Shown in pieces: positions 1 to 9,421 of a stretch of DNA of 39,580 bases. Numbering within the stretch: the stretch's first letter is position 1; each line of letters opens with the position of its first letter. Below the pieces are notes generated by a model that ran no database searches, was not told the DNA's origin, and saw only the letters and a program-made list of their open reading frames with translations. The translations under genes and the position numbers were made by a program. The DNA comes from Alphaproteobacteria bacterium (GTDB lineage Bacteria > Pseudomonadota > Alphaproteobacteria > JACZXZ01). The stretch is taken from contig DATJAC010000324.1 in assembly GCA_035516655.1 (NCBI GenBank), positions 1 to 39,580 of the forward strand. The letters run 5' to 3'.

Positions 1-454
1 GGTGCATCACATTGATCCTGATCAAATCGCCGATGATACCCCGATCCGGGTTGGTATCCTCCGGCCGCATGCAGCGAAAGCGAAGGCCTGCGAGGATTGC
101 CGGGGACAAGGGATCGGCGGCGCAAGGCCGGATAACCGAAAGGTCGCTGCAGTCGGGGCCTTGCGGGCTATACCGGTCGAGATGCCGAGATTTACCCTCG
201 CCCGTGTCGTGGCGGTGCTAATGAGCAAACTGGGTAGGTAAGGCGCGCCGGCGAGGCGATCGAATAAGCGGGCGCGGCATGCCCGGAAAGGGTCGTCAAA
301 GGCCCAAGAGCTGTGTTCGTGTCGAGTCGGTCTTGGCCTCGACTACGGACGCTCGTCGGGGTCGCTTGTCATGGGCCCGACGACCCACCCGAGTTTCGCT
401 CGACCGGATTGCGGGGCGGGGCGAGCCTTGAGGGCTGCCGCTCTTGCGCACTCG

Positions 455-1468
455 TTATGGCCCGCCAACCTCCTTGGCGAGCAATCGCACGACATCCTTC
501 CCCTGCCGCGCCTTGTCGCGATTCTCCGGCACCTCCTTTCCGAGCGGCGTGCCGGCGACAAAGCGATAGAAGACGGCCGCCCCTTGGTACATTTCCGGGG
601 TCATGCCGGCCGCGCCGAGAGTCTTGGAGATCTCGAGCATTTCGGGCACCCAGCGATAGGCCTTGGGCGGCAGGATCGGGAATTGGCTGAGCGCCCAGTT
701 ATAGCGATCGAGCTGGGACTGCCGCAACTGCTGGTCGAGTATGCCGGCGACGCCAAGGCGCTCAGCGGCTATCAGCGCCTCCAGCCATATCGCCTGCGTG
801 CCCTTGGTCAGGGCGCCGTAGCACATCTTGACAGCGCTCGCGTCCGCGATGCCTTCGCCGATCACATGCACGACGAGCTGGGGACCTGCGAGCTGTTCGA
901 GATCGGCGGCGCCCGGGCCCGACACGTAGAGTTCGGTTTTCGCCTTGCCGCGCGGCGGCGGGCCGATGATGCCGGCGTCGAGAAAACGCCCGCCGGCTCC
1001 CTCGACCACGCCCGCGATTGCGCGCACGGTTTCCGGTGCGATTGCATTGCAGTCGACGATCAGCGTCCGGCGGCCAGTGGCGCGCAGGGCATCCGCCACG
1101 TTGCGCGCGAAATCGAGCGCCGCACCCGGATCGATGATCGAAAGCACGACATCGCATTCGGCAACGAGGCGCTGAAGCGTACCGACATCGGTCAATCCCG
1201 CCTCTCGCGCGAGCGCGCGGGTGCGCTCGCTGCGGTGCTCCAGCGCGGTGTAAACATTGAAGCCCTGGGCTTTGAGCTGCGTCGCGATCGCCTGGCCCAT
1301 GTCTCCGGGGCTCATCACGCCGACATTCTCGATTCTCATCTTTCCGGCCGCCTCGCTCGCGGCGCGCGCAGCGGACGGCGGCCCGACGAAGGCGAAAGCC
1401 GCCGCTGCAACCCCGGCCGCCTGGAGAAATTCGCGGCGATTTTGCTTGATGGCATCGTTCGCTTTCAT
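455..1468 (-). CDS. Tat-leader-bearing NAD(P)-binding dehydrogenase (6-phosphogluconate/beta-hydroxyacid dehydrogenase-like Rossmann domain plus helical C-terminal domain)
   Basis: 337-aa ORF. GGAGGA lies 7 nt upstream of the ATG at 1468. The N-terminus NRREFLQAAGVAAAAFAFVG...ARA looks like a twin-arginine leader. It is followed by the VGVMSPGDMG glycine-rich dinucleotide loop. Strong G/C at third positions. Confidence 0.75.
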   Translation of the reverse strand: MKANDAIKQNRREFLQAAGVAAAAFAFVGPPSAARAASEAAGKMRIENVGVMSPGDMGQAIATQLKAQGFNVYTALEHRSERTRALAREAGLTDVGTLQRLVAECDVVLSIIDPGAALDFARNVADALRATGRRTLIVDCNAIAPETVRAIAGVVEGAGGRFLDAGIIGPPPRGKAKTELYVSGPGAADLEQLAGPQLVVHVIGEGIADASAVKMCYGALTKGTQAIWLEALIAAERLGVAGILDQQLRQSQLDRYNWALSQFPILPPKAYRWVPEMLEISKTLGAAGMTPEMYQGAAVFYRFVAGTPLGKEVPENRDKARQGKDVVRLLAKEVGGP

Positions 1469-1843
1469 CGCAAATCCTCCGGAAATGGCTGTCCCGAAAC
1501 CAATCGGCGCGACTGATGCCAGGAATGGCTATGCCGGATCATCGTGGCGTCGATCCTGACCAGACGGCCGATCTATATCCGTGAAGGGGCCGCAGCCGGA
1601 CTTGAGCTCGCCAAGGTCATCCGTCGCGGAGGCGCGGGGAAGCGGAAATCGAAGTGAAGTGGAGAGGCCGATTGCCCGCACAATGACGAAGCTGTCGGTT
1701 TCGATGAGCCCGTCCTACATGGTCGCTCCAAGCCATGCGAGCTTGTTTCGCTTGGCGCAGCGGAAGTTGCGTTTCGCTTGAACCCATCGATCCCCTCATC
1801 CCGAAGGACTCGATAACATCATCCAGGCTTGGGTGTCTTCGCC

Positions 1844-2542
1844 TCAGCTCGCAGTCCAGGGCTGCTTCGCGCGGGAAATCTGCAAGCGATAGAGGCCGAA
1901 GGCGGCCGGCCCCGCGGCTCCGGCCTTGGCGAGGACTTCGTCGCCGAGGGTCTTGCGGCAAAGTGCCTCGAACGTCTCGACGTCGCCCCAGCCTTCGGCC
2001 AGGAGGATCCACCGCGGCAGTTGATCGGCAGCGCCGCGAGCACGCTTCTCCGCGGTGTCGGTTGCACTTGCCTCCATGTCCGCGATGAGCAGATGAACGC
2101 CCGCCACACCCGGTTGGTCCGCAAACTCCGGCAGGATGCGCCGCGCGAGCGCGCTGCGGTGCTCCTCGGCGGCTGCTTCGGGAACATCGTAGCGCCACGT
2201 CCCCACCACACCGCCTTGGGCACTGCCGAAGGATGCGGCGACGCGACAAAGAGCCCGTGCAACGTTGCGGAAATGCCTGATCGACTCCGCGGTCCAGGGC
2301 GTCGGATGATTGAGTCGGTTGGCGTAATCCGCACCACCGAGCGTTTGCGGGCTATCGACCTCGTAGAGCGTGAAATATTCAGGGCTGCCGTGGATCGCCA
2401 CATAGCGCCGCCCGCGGAGGAATCCGGGAATGCCCACCCGCTCCGGCATGTGCTCGCGGCCGTGCCAGTCATAGTAGGCCTGGCGCGCCTCGTTGGTGAT
2501 GTCGTTCCAGATCGCGATCGCACCTTGTCCGGCGAGGGTCAT
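1844..2542 (-). CDS. conserved hypothetical protein (possibly tandem EthD/dimeric alpha-beta-barrel-like; family not recognised with certainty)
   Basis: 232-aa ORF with gene-like codon bias. It lies 46 bp downstream of the CoA-transferase gene on the same strand. No diagnostic motif recognised. Confidence 0.55.
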   Translation of the reverse strand: MTLAGQGAIAIWNDITNEARQAYYDWHGREHMPERVGIPGFLRGRRYVAIHGSPEYFTLYEVDSPQTLGGADYANRLNHPTPWTAESIRHFRNVARALCRVAASFGSAQGGVVGTWRYDVPEAAAEEHRSALARRILPEFADQPGVAGVHLLIADMEASATDTAEKRARGAADQLPRWILLAEGWGDVETFEALCRKTLGDEVLAKAGAAGPAAFGLYRLQISRAKQPWTAS

Positions 2543-2588
2543 TTTCGTTCTCCTCCGCCACGAGCGGGAAGGATGGCATGGATCGATT

Positions 2589-4265
2589 TCACGACTTTGC
2601 CGCCTCGGACTTCTCCCTGGGCGCCCTCGACGCGCTTCGGTCGAGTGACCGAACGGTCGATTTCCTGGCCTCGTGCCATGCCTTGATGCGCTCCGTGCGA
2701 TAAGCGGAAGGCTTCGCCGAGAGGTCGCGGCGGAGGTTCATCGGCGCCGGTCTGAAGAGCCGTGCGTCCATTTGGCGGAGGCCGTCGGCGACGGCGGGGC
2801 GGAATTCCATCTGGGCAAGGACGTCACGCTCGAGATCGACGCCCGGCGCCACTTCGATCAGCTCCAGTCCACGCGCCGCGATGCGAAATACGGCACGCTC
2901 GGTGACGAAGAGTGCCGCTTGTCCGCGCTCGCGCGCGATCTTCGCGCTGTAGGAAATCTGCTGAAGGCGCCTTACGAACTTCTTGTGCCGGCCTTCGCGC
3001 TCGACCCGCGTCTTGCCGTCGGGCCAGGAAATCGCGAGATCGCCCGCGGTCAGCGCGCCGCTGAAAATCACCGTCTTGGCATTCTGGCTGATGTTGATGA
3101 ATCCGCCTATGCCGATGATGCGGTCATGGAAGCGGCTGACGTTTACGTTGCCTTCGGCATCCACTTCCGCGAACGAGAGAAATGCGAGATCGAGGCCGCC
3201 GCCGTCGTAAAAGTCGAACTGATAGGGCTGCTCGATCATGGCTGCAAAGTTCCGGCCGCCGCCGGAATCGCGGCCGGCGAGCGGGGCGCCGCCGATCACG
3301 CCTTGCTCGTTGGTGAGCACGACGGCGTCGAGGATGCCCTCTTCGGCGGCGATGGCCGAGAGGCCGGTGGAAACGCCGGCGCCGAGGTTGCAGATGGCGT
3401 TCGGGAAGAGCTCCATTGCCGCGCGGCGCACCATGACCTTGCGCGGACCGAACGGAACCGGGACGATCTCGCTCAACGGCACGCGAAGCTCGCCCGCATA
3501 GCTCGGGTCGTAATCGGTTGCGTAAGTCTGCCGCTGATCGGGGGTGTGGACGACGAAATCGACGAGGATGCCGGGGATCTTCACCTGCTTCGGAGGCAAT
3601 GTGCCGCTCCGCGCCAAGCGCTTGACCTGGACCACGACAATGCCGCCGGCCCGGCGGGTCGCCTGCGCCATCGGGAGCATTTCACCTAAGACCGCTTCCT
3701 GCTCCATCGTGATGTTGCCGTCTTCGTCGGCCGTGGTGCCGCGCAGAAAGGCAACGTCGATCGGCAGGGGCTTGAAGAAGAGCCACTCCTCGCCATGCAA
3801 CTCCACGACCTCGACGAGGTCCTCGGTGGCCGAATTGCTTTGCCTGCCGCCGAGCTGTCGCGGGTCGATGAAGGTATGCAACCCCGCCTTGGAAAAGAGC
3901 CCCGGCCGTCCCGCCGCCATGTCGCGCATGAGTTGCGAGAGCACGCCCTGCGGCAGCGTATAAGCCTCGATCTTGTCGGCGGCGGCCAGTACTCCAAGGC
4001 CCGGCGAGTCCACGAGCGCGCTGGTGATGGCGCGCTTCAGCAAGCCCTCGTGCGCGAGATGGCCCGCACCCAAGGTCGCGCGATCGCCGACGCCGACGAT
4101 GCTGATGGAGGTAAGATCGCGAGGCGAACCCTCGGCCAAAAAGCGCCGCTCGACGGCGGCCAGCAGTTCCTCCGGAACCGAATGGCCGCCCCCGGAGCCG
4201 CTCACCAACAGGGCATCTCCCGGCTCCACCAGCCTCGCTGCCTCGTCCGCCGAGATTTTCTCCAT
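2589..4265 (-). CDS. family-I acyl-CoA:acetate/3-ketoacid CoA-transferase (YdiF-like, fused alpha/beta)
   Basis: 558-aa ORF. The N-terminus (ADEAARLVEPGDALLVSGSGGG), EAYTLPQGVLSQLMRD, LTNEQGVIGG (ENG-like glutamate motif) and GGFINISQNAK are typical of fused family-I CoA transferases. The basic ~40-aa C-terminal tail is of uncertain reality. Confidence 0.85.
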   Translation of the reverse strand: MEKISADEAARLVEPGDALLVSGSGGGHSVPEELLAAVERRFLAEGSPRDLTSISIVGVGDRATLGAGHLAHEGLLKRAITSALVDSPGLGVLAAADKIEAYTLPQGVLSQLMRDMAAGRPGLFSKAGLHTFIDPRQLGGRQSNSATEDLVEVVELHGEEWLFFKPLPIDVAFLRGTTADEDGNITMEQEAVLGEMLPMAQATRRAGGIVVVQVKRLARSGTLPPKQVKIPGILVDFVVHTPDQRQTYATDYDPSYAGELRVPLSEIVPVPFGPRKVMVRRAAMELFPNAICNLGAGVSTGLSAIAAEEGILDAVVLTNEQGVIGGAPLAGRDSGGGRNFAAMIEQPYQFDFYDGGGLDLAFLSFAEVDAEGNVNVSRFHDRIIGIGGFINISQNAKTVIFSGALTAGDLAISWPDGKTRVEREGRHKKFVRRLQQISYSAKIARERGQAALFVTERAVFRIAARGLELIEVAPGVDLERDVLAQMEFRPAVADGLRQMDARLFRPAPMNLRRDLSAKPSAYRTERIKAWHEARKSTVRSLDRSASRAPREKSEAAKS

Positions 4266-4576
4266 GCCCGTCCATCATGCAGCGGTCTGACTGCTTGACC
4301 CCAGGCGACGCCTTGACACGGCGGCCTCCGCCCTTATCATGAAATCTAGTTCAACGACGGAACGCCGTTCAAGATCAAAGCGGGAATATCGCGCGCGATG
4401 CTTCCGGCGGTTTTCCTGCGCGGCATCCGGATGTTCAATCGTTTCGACCCGATTTGACTGCCGACCGGCGGGGGCATGCGCTGCCTCGCCACGAACCTTC
4501 CGCTTCGGGCTCATTTTCATATCTTCTCTTCGGACCTTCAGGGAAGGCCGCACATCCCGAACCACGGAGAGCTAGG

Positions 4577-5044
4577 ATGGCCATAACGGGTGTCGAAGTC
4601 GGCCAGGAGTTCCGCTTCTCGAAGACCGTCGGAGAGGCGGACGTAACGCTCTTCGCGGGCATCACCGGGGATTTCAGCGATACTCACGTGAACGAGCAGT
4701 ACATGAAGGAAAACTCGAGCATCGGCACGCGCATCGCGCACGGCGCATTGCTGATCGGGTACATGTCCACGGCGTCCACAATCAGCATCGCTCACATCAT
4801 CCACCGTAAGGACATCGACGAGTTTCCGGTGTCGCTGGGCTACGACAAGGTGCGCTTCCTGAAGCCGGTCCGCCTCGGCGATACCGTGACCGTGCGCTAC
4901 GTCGTTGCTCGCGTCGACGATGCGAAGCGGCGCAGCGTCGCCAAGGTGGAGGTTCTCAATCAGCATGGCGAGCTTGTTGCCGTGGCGGAGCACATCATGC
5001 AGTGGGCGAGGGCTCTCTCTGCAAGAAGGGCCGTCGGAGCTTGA
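4577..5044 (+). CDS. MaoC-like (R)-specific enoyl-CoA hydratase/dehydratase, hot-dog fold
   Basis: ATG at 4577 is preceded by GGAGA (4566-4570). FAGITGDFSDTHVN matches the MaoC hydratase motif region. The product is single hot-dog size, 155 aa. Confidence 0.85.
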   Translation: MAITGVEVGQEFRFSKTVGEADVTLFAGITGDFSDTHVNEQYMKENSSIGTRIAHGALLIGYMSTASTISIAHIIHRKDIDEFPVSLGYDKVRFLKPVRLGDTVTVRYVVARVDDAKRRSVAKVEVLNQHGELVAVAEHIMQWARALSARRAVGA

Positions 5045-5310
5045 TGCCGCAGGAGCGGCGACGGGCGTGACGTTGGTCCGGCGGTCTCCGCCGCATGCGG
5101 CGAAGTCAGGATGGGATATGGACGGGAATGGCCTCGAGGGCGACCTCGGCGCCTTGACGGGCACGCCCCGCGCATGATGAACAGGTAAACCGATATCGAT
5201 GCTGCGCGGATCGCCGCGGCATGCGCAATCAGGGGATCGCTCGCTCGATCGCGTCTGGTGCTGCGCAGTGCGGACCGGCCAAGGAGGCCTATAGGAGAGG
5301 AGAGGGTACC

Positions 5311-6372
5311 ATGCGCTCGACAGTGATCGGCGGGGCGATGCTGCCCCATGCCCCGCAATTCTTCACCCTGCCCGCGACCGAGGATGTGAGGACGGTCGAG
5401 CGCGTCAGGGAGCTCGCGGCCGACATCGGCACCAAGCTCCGGGCCCTCGAGCCCGATCTCTGGGTCCTGTTCGCGAACGACCATGCCGAGCAGTTCTTCC
5501 ACAACGTGGCCCCGCCCTTCACCGTCCATGTCGGCGGCGAGGCCAACGGGGAATTCGCCGGCCGGAAATTCCACTGGAAGATCCCGAGCGAGATCGGCTT
5601 CGAGCTGGTGCGCGAGCTCTACCGGCAGGGCTTCGATCCGGCCTTCACCAGCACGGCGAAATTCGACTATGCGATGGGCATCCCGCTCACCCATCTGGGC
5701 CACGCCGGGCCGGTGCTGCCGATCTACGTGAATGCCTACCTGCCGCCGCAGCCGACGGTCGAGCGCTGCTACGCCTTCGGCCAGGCCGTGGCGCGCGCGG
5801 TCGCCGGCATGGGGCTCAGGACCGTCGTATTGGCGAGCGGCGGCATGTCGCATTTTCCGGGCACCGAGCGCTACGGCCGACCGGAGCTCGCCTGGGACAA
5901 CCAGGCTCTCGCCAAGCTCGCCGCCGGCCACCTCAAATCCCTCGCCGGCTACAGCGAGGCCGAGCTCGACCAGACCGGCAACATCGAGCTGCGCTGCTGG
6001 GCCTGCGCCGCCGGTGCCTTGGGCGAGCGCAAGCCGGATATCGTGTCGATGGATCCGAGCTGGCATCACAACTACGCGACCCTCGCCTGGTTCGGCGGCG
6101 AGGACGCGGGGCAGGTGCCGCACTACCCCGCGATCAAGCCCGAGCTCGTGGAGCTCACGGCAGCCCTCCACGCGCTTGCCCACGGCGAGGGCGCGCGCGC
6201 CGCCTATATCGCCGATCCCGCGGCCTATGCCGATCGCTACAAGCTGGCACCGGCGCAGCGGGCGGCACTGGTCGCCCTGGACCTGCCGGCGATCATCGCG
6301 ATGGGGGCTCACCCGCTGGTGCCCTTTCTCGCGAACATGCAGGTCGAGCGCCAACGCGGGCCCGGGCGCTAG
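5311..6372 (+). CDS. class III extradiol ring-cleavage dioxygenase, LigB domain with C-terminal LigA-like domain (gallate-dioxygenase-like architecture)
   Basis: ATG at 5311 follows AGGAGAGGAGAGG. GAMLPHAPQF, LFANDHAEQF and SGGMSHFPG match the LigB-type His/His/catalytic His regions. The last ~90 aa (AAYIADPAAYADRYKLAPAQRAALVALDLPAIIAMGAHP) resemble the LigA small subunit. Confidence 0.8.
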   Translation: MRSTVIGGAMLPHAPQFFTLPATEDVRTVERVRELAADIGTKLRALEPDLWVLFANDHAEQFFHNVAPPFTVHVGGEANGEFAGRKFHWKIPSEIGFELVRELYRQGFDPAFTSTAKFDYAMGIPLTHLGHAGPVLPIYVNAYLPPQPTVERCYAFGQAVARAVAGMGLRTVVLASGGMSHFPGTERYGRPELAWDNQALAKLAAGHLKSLAGYSEAELDQTGNIELRCWACAAGALGERKPDIVSMDPSWHHNYATLAWFGGEDAGQVPHYPAIKPELVELTAALHALAHGEGARAAYIADPAAYADRYKLAPAQRAALVALDLPAIIAMGAHPLVPFLANMQVERQRGPGR

Positions 6373-6627
6373 GAGTATTTTTGCGGAACGAGCAGCCGGG
6401 GCCTAATCGGAACCGAGCGCGACCTCGCGCTGGGGGTAATCGTAAGGCATATCAATCTATTGCCTAGTTTTTGCGCAGGCGCCCCGCCGCGGCGCCGCAA
6501 GACAGTTTGGGTTATCGGTCTGGTTTTCCCTGTGCTAACATTTTCTCAATCTGTCCCCGAAGCCAGGCGGCGACCTGCAGCGCAAGCGGGCACCAATAAA
6601 CAGCGCAAATGAAACAGGGAGCGTCAC

Positions 6628-8418
6628 ATGCAAGAGCGGAAGTTGCGCGCGATGATCGCGCAAGTGAAGGACGGCACGATGTCCCGCCGCGCCTTCACGC
6701 GGCAAATGATGGCCTTGGGGCTGACCGCACCCATGGCATGGCTGATGCTGCACCATGCCGGCGTCGCCGCGGCCGAGGCCAAATTCGAGTACAAGCCCAC
6801 CAAGGCCGGCGGCGGCGGCCCGCTCAAGATGCTGTTCTGGCAGGCGCCGACCTTGCTCAACCCGCACTTCGCGGTCGGCACCAAGGATCAGGAGGCCTCG
6901 CGCATCTTCTATGAGCCGCTGGCCGGCTGGGACGCCGAGGGCAATCTCACTCCGTTCCTCGCGGCCGAGCTGCCCAGCATCGAAAACGGCGGTCTCGCCA
7001 AGGACGGCATGTCCGTCACCTGGAAATTGAAGCAAGGCGTCAAATGGCACGACGGCCAGCCTTTCACCGCCGACGACGTGGTCTTCAATTGGGCATATGC
7101 CGGGGATCCCGCGACCGCGTGCGTCACCGTGGCGACGTACAAGGACGTCAAAGTCGAGAAGCTCGACGACCACACGGTGAAGGTGATCTTCCCGAAGCCG
7201 ACGCCGTTCTGGCCCGACCCCTTCGTGGGCGTGCGCGGCATGGTGATCCCGAAACATCTCTTCGCGGATTACAGCGGGGCCAAATCCCGCGACGCACCGG
7301 CCAATTTGAAGCCCGTCGGCACCGGTCCCTTCAAATTCGTCGGCTTCAAGCCGGGCGACCTGGTCACCGGCGAGCGCAACCCCGACTATCACGTGAAGAA
7401 CCGGCCCTATTTCGACACCATCGAGATGAAGGGCGGGGGCGACGCCGTCTCGGCGGCGCGCGCGGTGCTCCAGAGCGGGGAATACGACTACGCCTGGAAC
7501 CTCCAGGTCGAGGACGAAATCCTCAAGAAGCTCGAGGAGAGCGGCAAGGGCAAGGTCGTGATCGTGGACGGCGGCAGCATCGAGCATATCCAGCTCAATT
7601 CCACCGATCCCTGGACGGAGGTCGACGGCGAAAGGTCGAGCATCAAGACCAAGCACCCGACGCTCAGCGACAAGGCGGTGCGCGACGCGCTCAATCTCCT
7701 GGTCGATCGCGGCGCGGTGCAAAAATACATCTACGGCCGCACCGGGATCGCGACCGCCAATTTCCTCAACAATCCCCCGCGCTTCTGCTCGAAAGCGACG
7801 AGATGGGAGTTCAATGTCGACAAGGCCAACCAGATTCTCGACGCCGCCGGCTGGAAGCGCGGCGCCGACGGCGTGCGCGAAAAGGACGGCAAGAAGCTGA
7901 AATACGTCTATCAGACCTCGATCAACGAGCCGCGCCAGAAGAACCAGGCGATCGTCAAGCAGGCCTGCCAGAAGGCCGGCATCGAGGTCGAGCTCAAGTC
8001 GATAACGGCGTCGGTGTTCTTCTCCTCCGACGTCGGCAATCCCGACACCTATCCGCACTTCTACTGCGATCTCCAGATGTACACCACGACCATGACCGAG
8101 CCCGACCCGGCTCTGTTCATGAACCAGTTCTTGTCGTCGGAGGTCGCGACCAAGGCCAACAAGTGGCAGGGGCGCAACATCACGCGCTGGCGCAACGCGG
8201 ACTACGACAAGGCCTATAGCGACGCCGAGGGCGAGCTCGATCCGGTCAAGCGGGCGGCCCTCTTCATCAAGATGAACGAGCTCGTCATCGGCGACGTGGC
8301 GGTCATTCCCGTGGTCTATCGGCCGAACGTCAGGGGTGTCGAGAGCAAGCTGAAATTGACGCTCAGCGGCTGGGACAACGACATGTACATGGTATCGGAC
8401 TGGTATCGCGAGACATGA
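6628..8418 (+). CDS. ABC transporter substrate-binding protein, family 5 (Dpp/Opp/Nik type), Tat-type signal
   Basis: 596-aa ORF with GGGAG 7 nt upstream of the ATG at 6628. SRRAFTRQMMALGLTAP...AAAEA forms the leader. Length and composition are typical of SBP_bac_5. Confidence 0.9.
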   Translation: MQERKLRAMIAQVKDGTMSRRAFTRQMMALGLTAPMAWLMLHHAGVAAAEAKFEYKPTKAGGGGPLKMLFWQAPTLLNPHFAVGTKDQEASRIFYEPLAGWDAEGNLTPFLAAELPSIENGGLAKDGMSVTWKLKQGVKWHDGQPFTADDVVFNWAYAGDPATACVTVATYKDVKVEKLDDHTVKVIFPKPTPFWPDPFVGVRGMVIPKHLFADYSGAKSRDAPANLKPVGTGPFKFVGFKPGDLVTGERNPDYHVKNRPYFDTIEMKGGGDAVSAARAVLQSGEYDYAWNLQVEDEILKKLEESGKGKVVIVDGGSIEHIQLNSTDPWTEVDGERSSIKTKHPTLSDKAVRDALNLLVDRGAVQKYIYGRTGIATANFLNNPPRFCSKATRWEFNVDKANQILDAAGWKRGADGVREKDGKKLKYVYQTSINEPRQKNQAIVKQACQKAGIEVELKSITASVFFSSDVGNPDTYPHFYCDLQMYTTTMTEPDPALFMNQFLSSEVATKANKWQGRNITRWRNADYDKAYSDAEGELDPVKRAALFIKMNELVIGDVAVIPVVYRPNVRGVESKLKLTLSGWDNDMYMVSDWYRET

Positions 8419-8461
8419 CGTCCCCGCCCGCGCCATCGGGATCCGCGGCACAGACGCGCTG

Positions 8462-9421
8462 ATGGGACGCTATCTGCTGCGGCGCTTGCTGATCGCGGTG
8501 CCGAGCCTGCTCGGCATCAGCATCGTGCTGTTCACGGTCTTGGCACTGGCACCCGGCGATCCCTTCGGCGAACTCGCGAGCAATCCCGCGGTACCGCCCG
8601 AGGTGCGCGCGGCCTTGCGCGCCCAGTTCGGCATGGACGATCCGGTGCTTGAGCGCTACTTCCACTGGCTGGCGGCGATGCTGCACGGCGATTGGGGCTT
8701 TTCCTTCGTCAGCCGCGTCGACGTCGACAGCCTCATCTGGCAGCGCCTGCCGGCCACGCTTTTCGTGATCGGCTCGTCGCAGATATTGGCGCTGCTGATC
8801 GCCTTGCCGGTCGGGGTCTACGCCGCGACGCGGCCCTATTCGCTCTTCGACCAGATCGCCAACACCCTGGCGTTCATCGGCTTTTCCCTGCCGACCTTTT
8901 TCACCGGGCTGCTCTTCATCCTGCTGTTCAGCATCCATCTCGACTGGCTGCCCTTCGTCTATCGCTCGGACCTCAGCGCCACCGGCTTCAGCTGGTGGTG
9001 GGAGGAATTCCGCCAGGCGATCATGCCGGTCGCCGTACTCGGCATGTTCCAGGGCGCCTCCTGGACGCGCTACGTGCGCTCGGCCGTGCTCGACGTCATC
9101 CGCCTCGACTATGTCGCAACTGCGCGCGCCAAGGGCCTGCGCGAGGGCAAGGTGGTGCTCAAGCACGTCGTGCGCAATGCGCTGATCCCGGTCGTGACCT
9201 TGGTGGCGCTGCAAATGCCGACGATTTTCGGGGGTGCGATCATCACCGAGCAGATCTTCCGGGTGCCGGGCATCGGCTCGCTGCTCATCAGCTCGATCCT
9301 GGCCAACGACACCCCCGTCATCATGGCCGTGACCTTCGTCTTCGCCTGCCTGGTCATCCTGTTCAACCTTTTCGCGGACCTGCTCTATGGCTGGCTCGAC
9401 CCCCGCATCGCTTACCGCTGA
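8462..9421 (+). CDS. ABC transporter permease (DppB/OppB-like)
   Basis: 319 aa and multi-TM. The N-terminus RYLLRRLLIAVPSLLGISIVLF and the C-terminus DLLYGWLDPRI are typical of the family. Confidence 0.9.
   Translation: MGRYLLRRLLIAVPSLLGISIVLFTVLALAPGDPFGELASNPAVPPEVRAALRAQFGMDDPVLERYFHWLAAMLHGDWGFSFVSRVDVDSLIWQRLPATLFVIGSSQILALLIALPVGVYAATRPYSLFDQIANTLAFIGFSLPTFFTGLLFILLFSIHLDWLPFVYRSDLSATGFSWWWEEFRQAIMPVAVLGMFQGASWTRYVRSAVLDVIRLDYVATARAKGLREGKVVLKHVVRNALIPVVTLVALQMPTIFGGAIITEQIFRVPGIGSLLISSILANDTPVIMAVTFVFACLVILFNLFADLLYGWLDPRIAYR

Noticed and set aside
2-241. 79-codon ORF at the left edge, a possible 3-prime end of a gene
   Set aside because: By hand count, third-position G/C is only about 62 percent, against about 90 percent in the confident genes. 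I recognise no motif, and an antisense ORF of similar length exists. Left unannotated.
4340-4440. TTCAA repeats and a GAACG-C-CGTTC mini-palindrome in the CoA-transferase/MaoC divergent region, as an operator
   Set aside because: The arms are only 5 bp, the repeats are short, and no regulator gene is nearby. This cannot be distinguished from chance by eye.
6535-8451. 638-aa ORF on the minus strand
   Set aside because: It is the exact antisense of the well-supported substrate-binding protein gene. Its translation is low-complexity and rich in R/G/A/L/V/D with no motif. This is typical mirror-frame openness in very GC-rich DNA.
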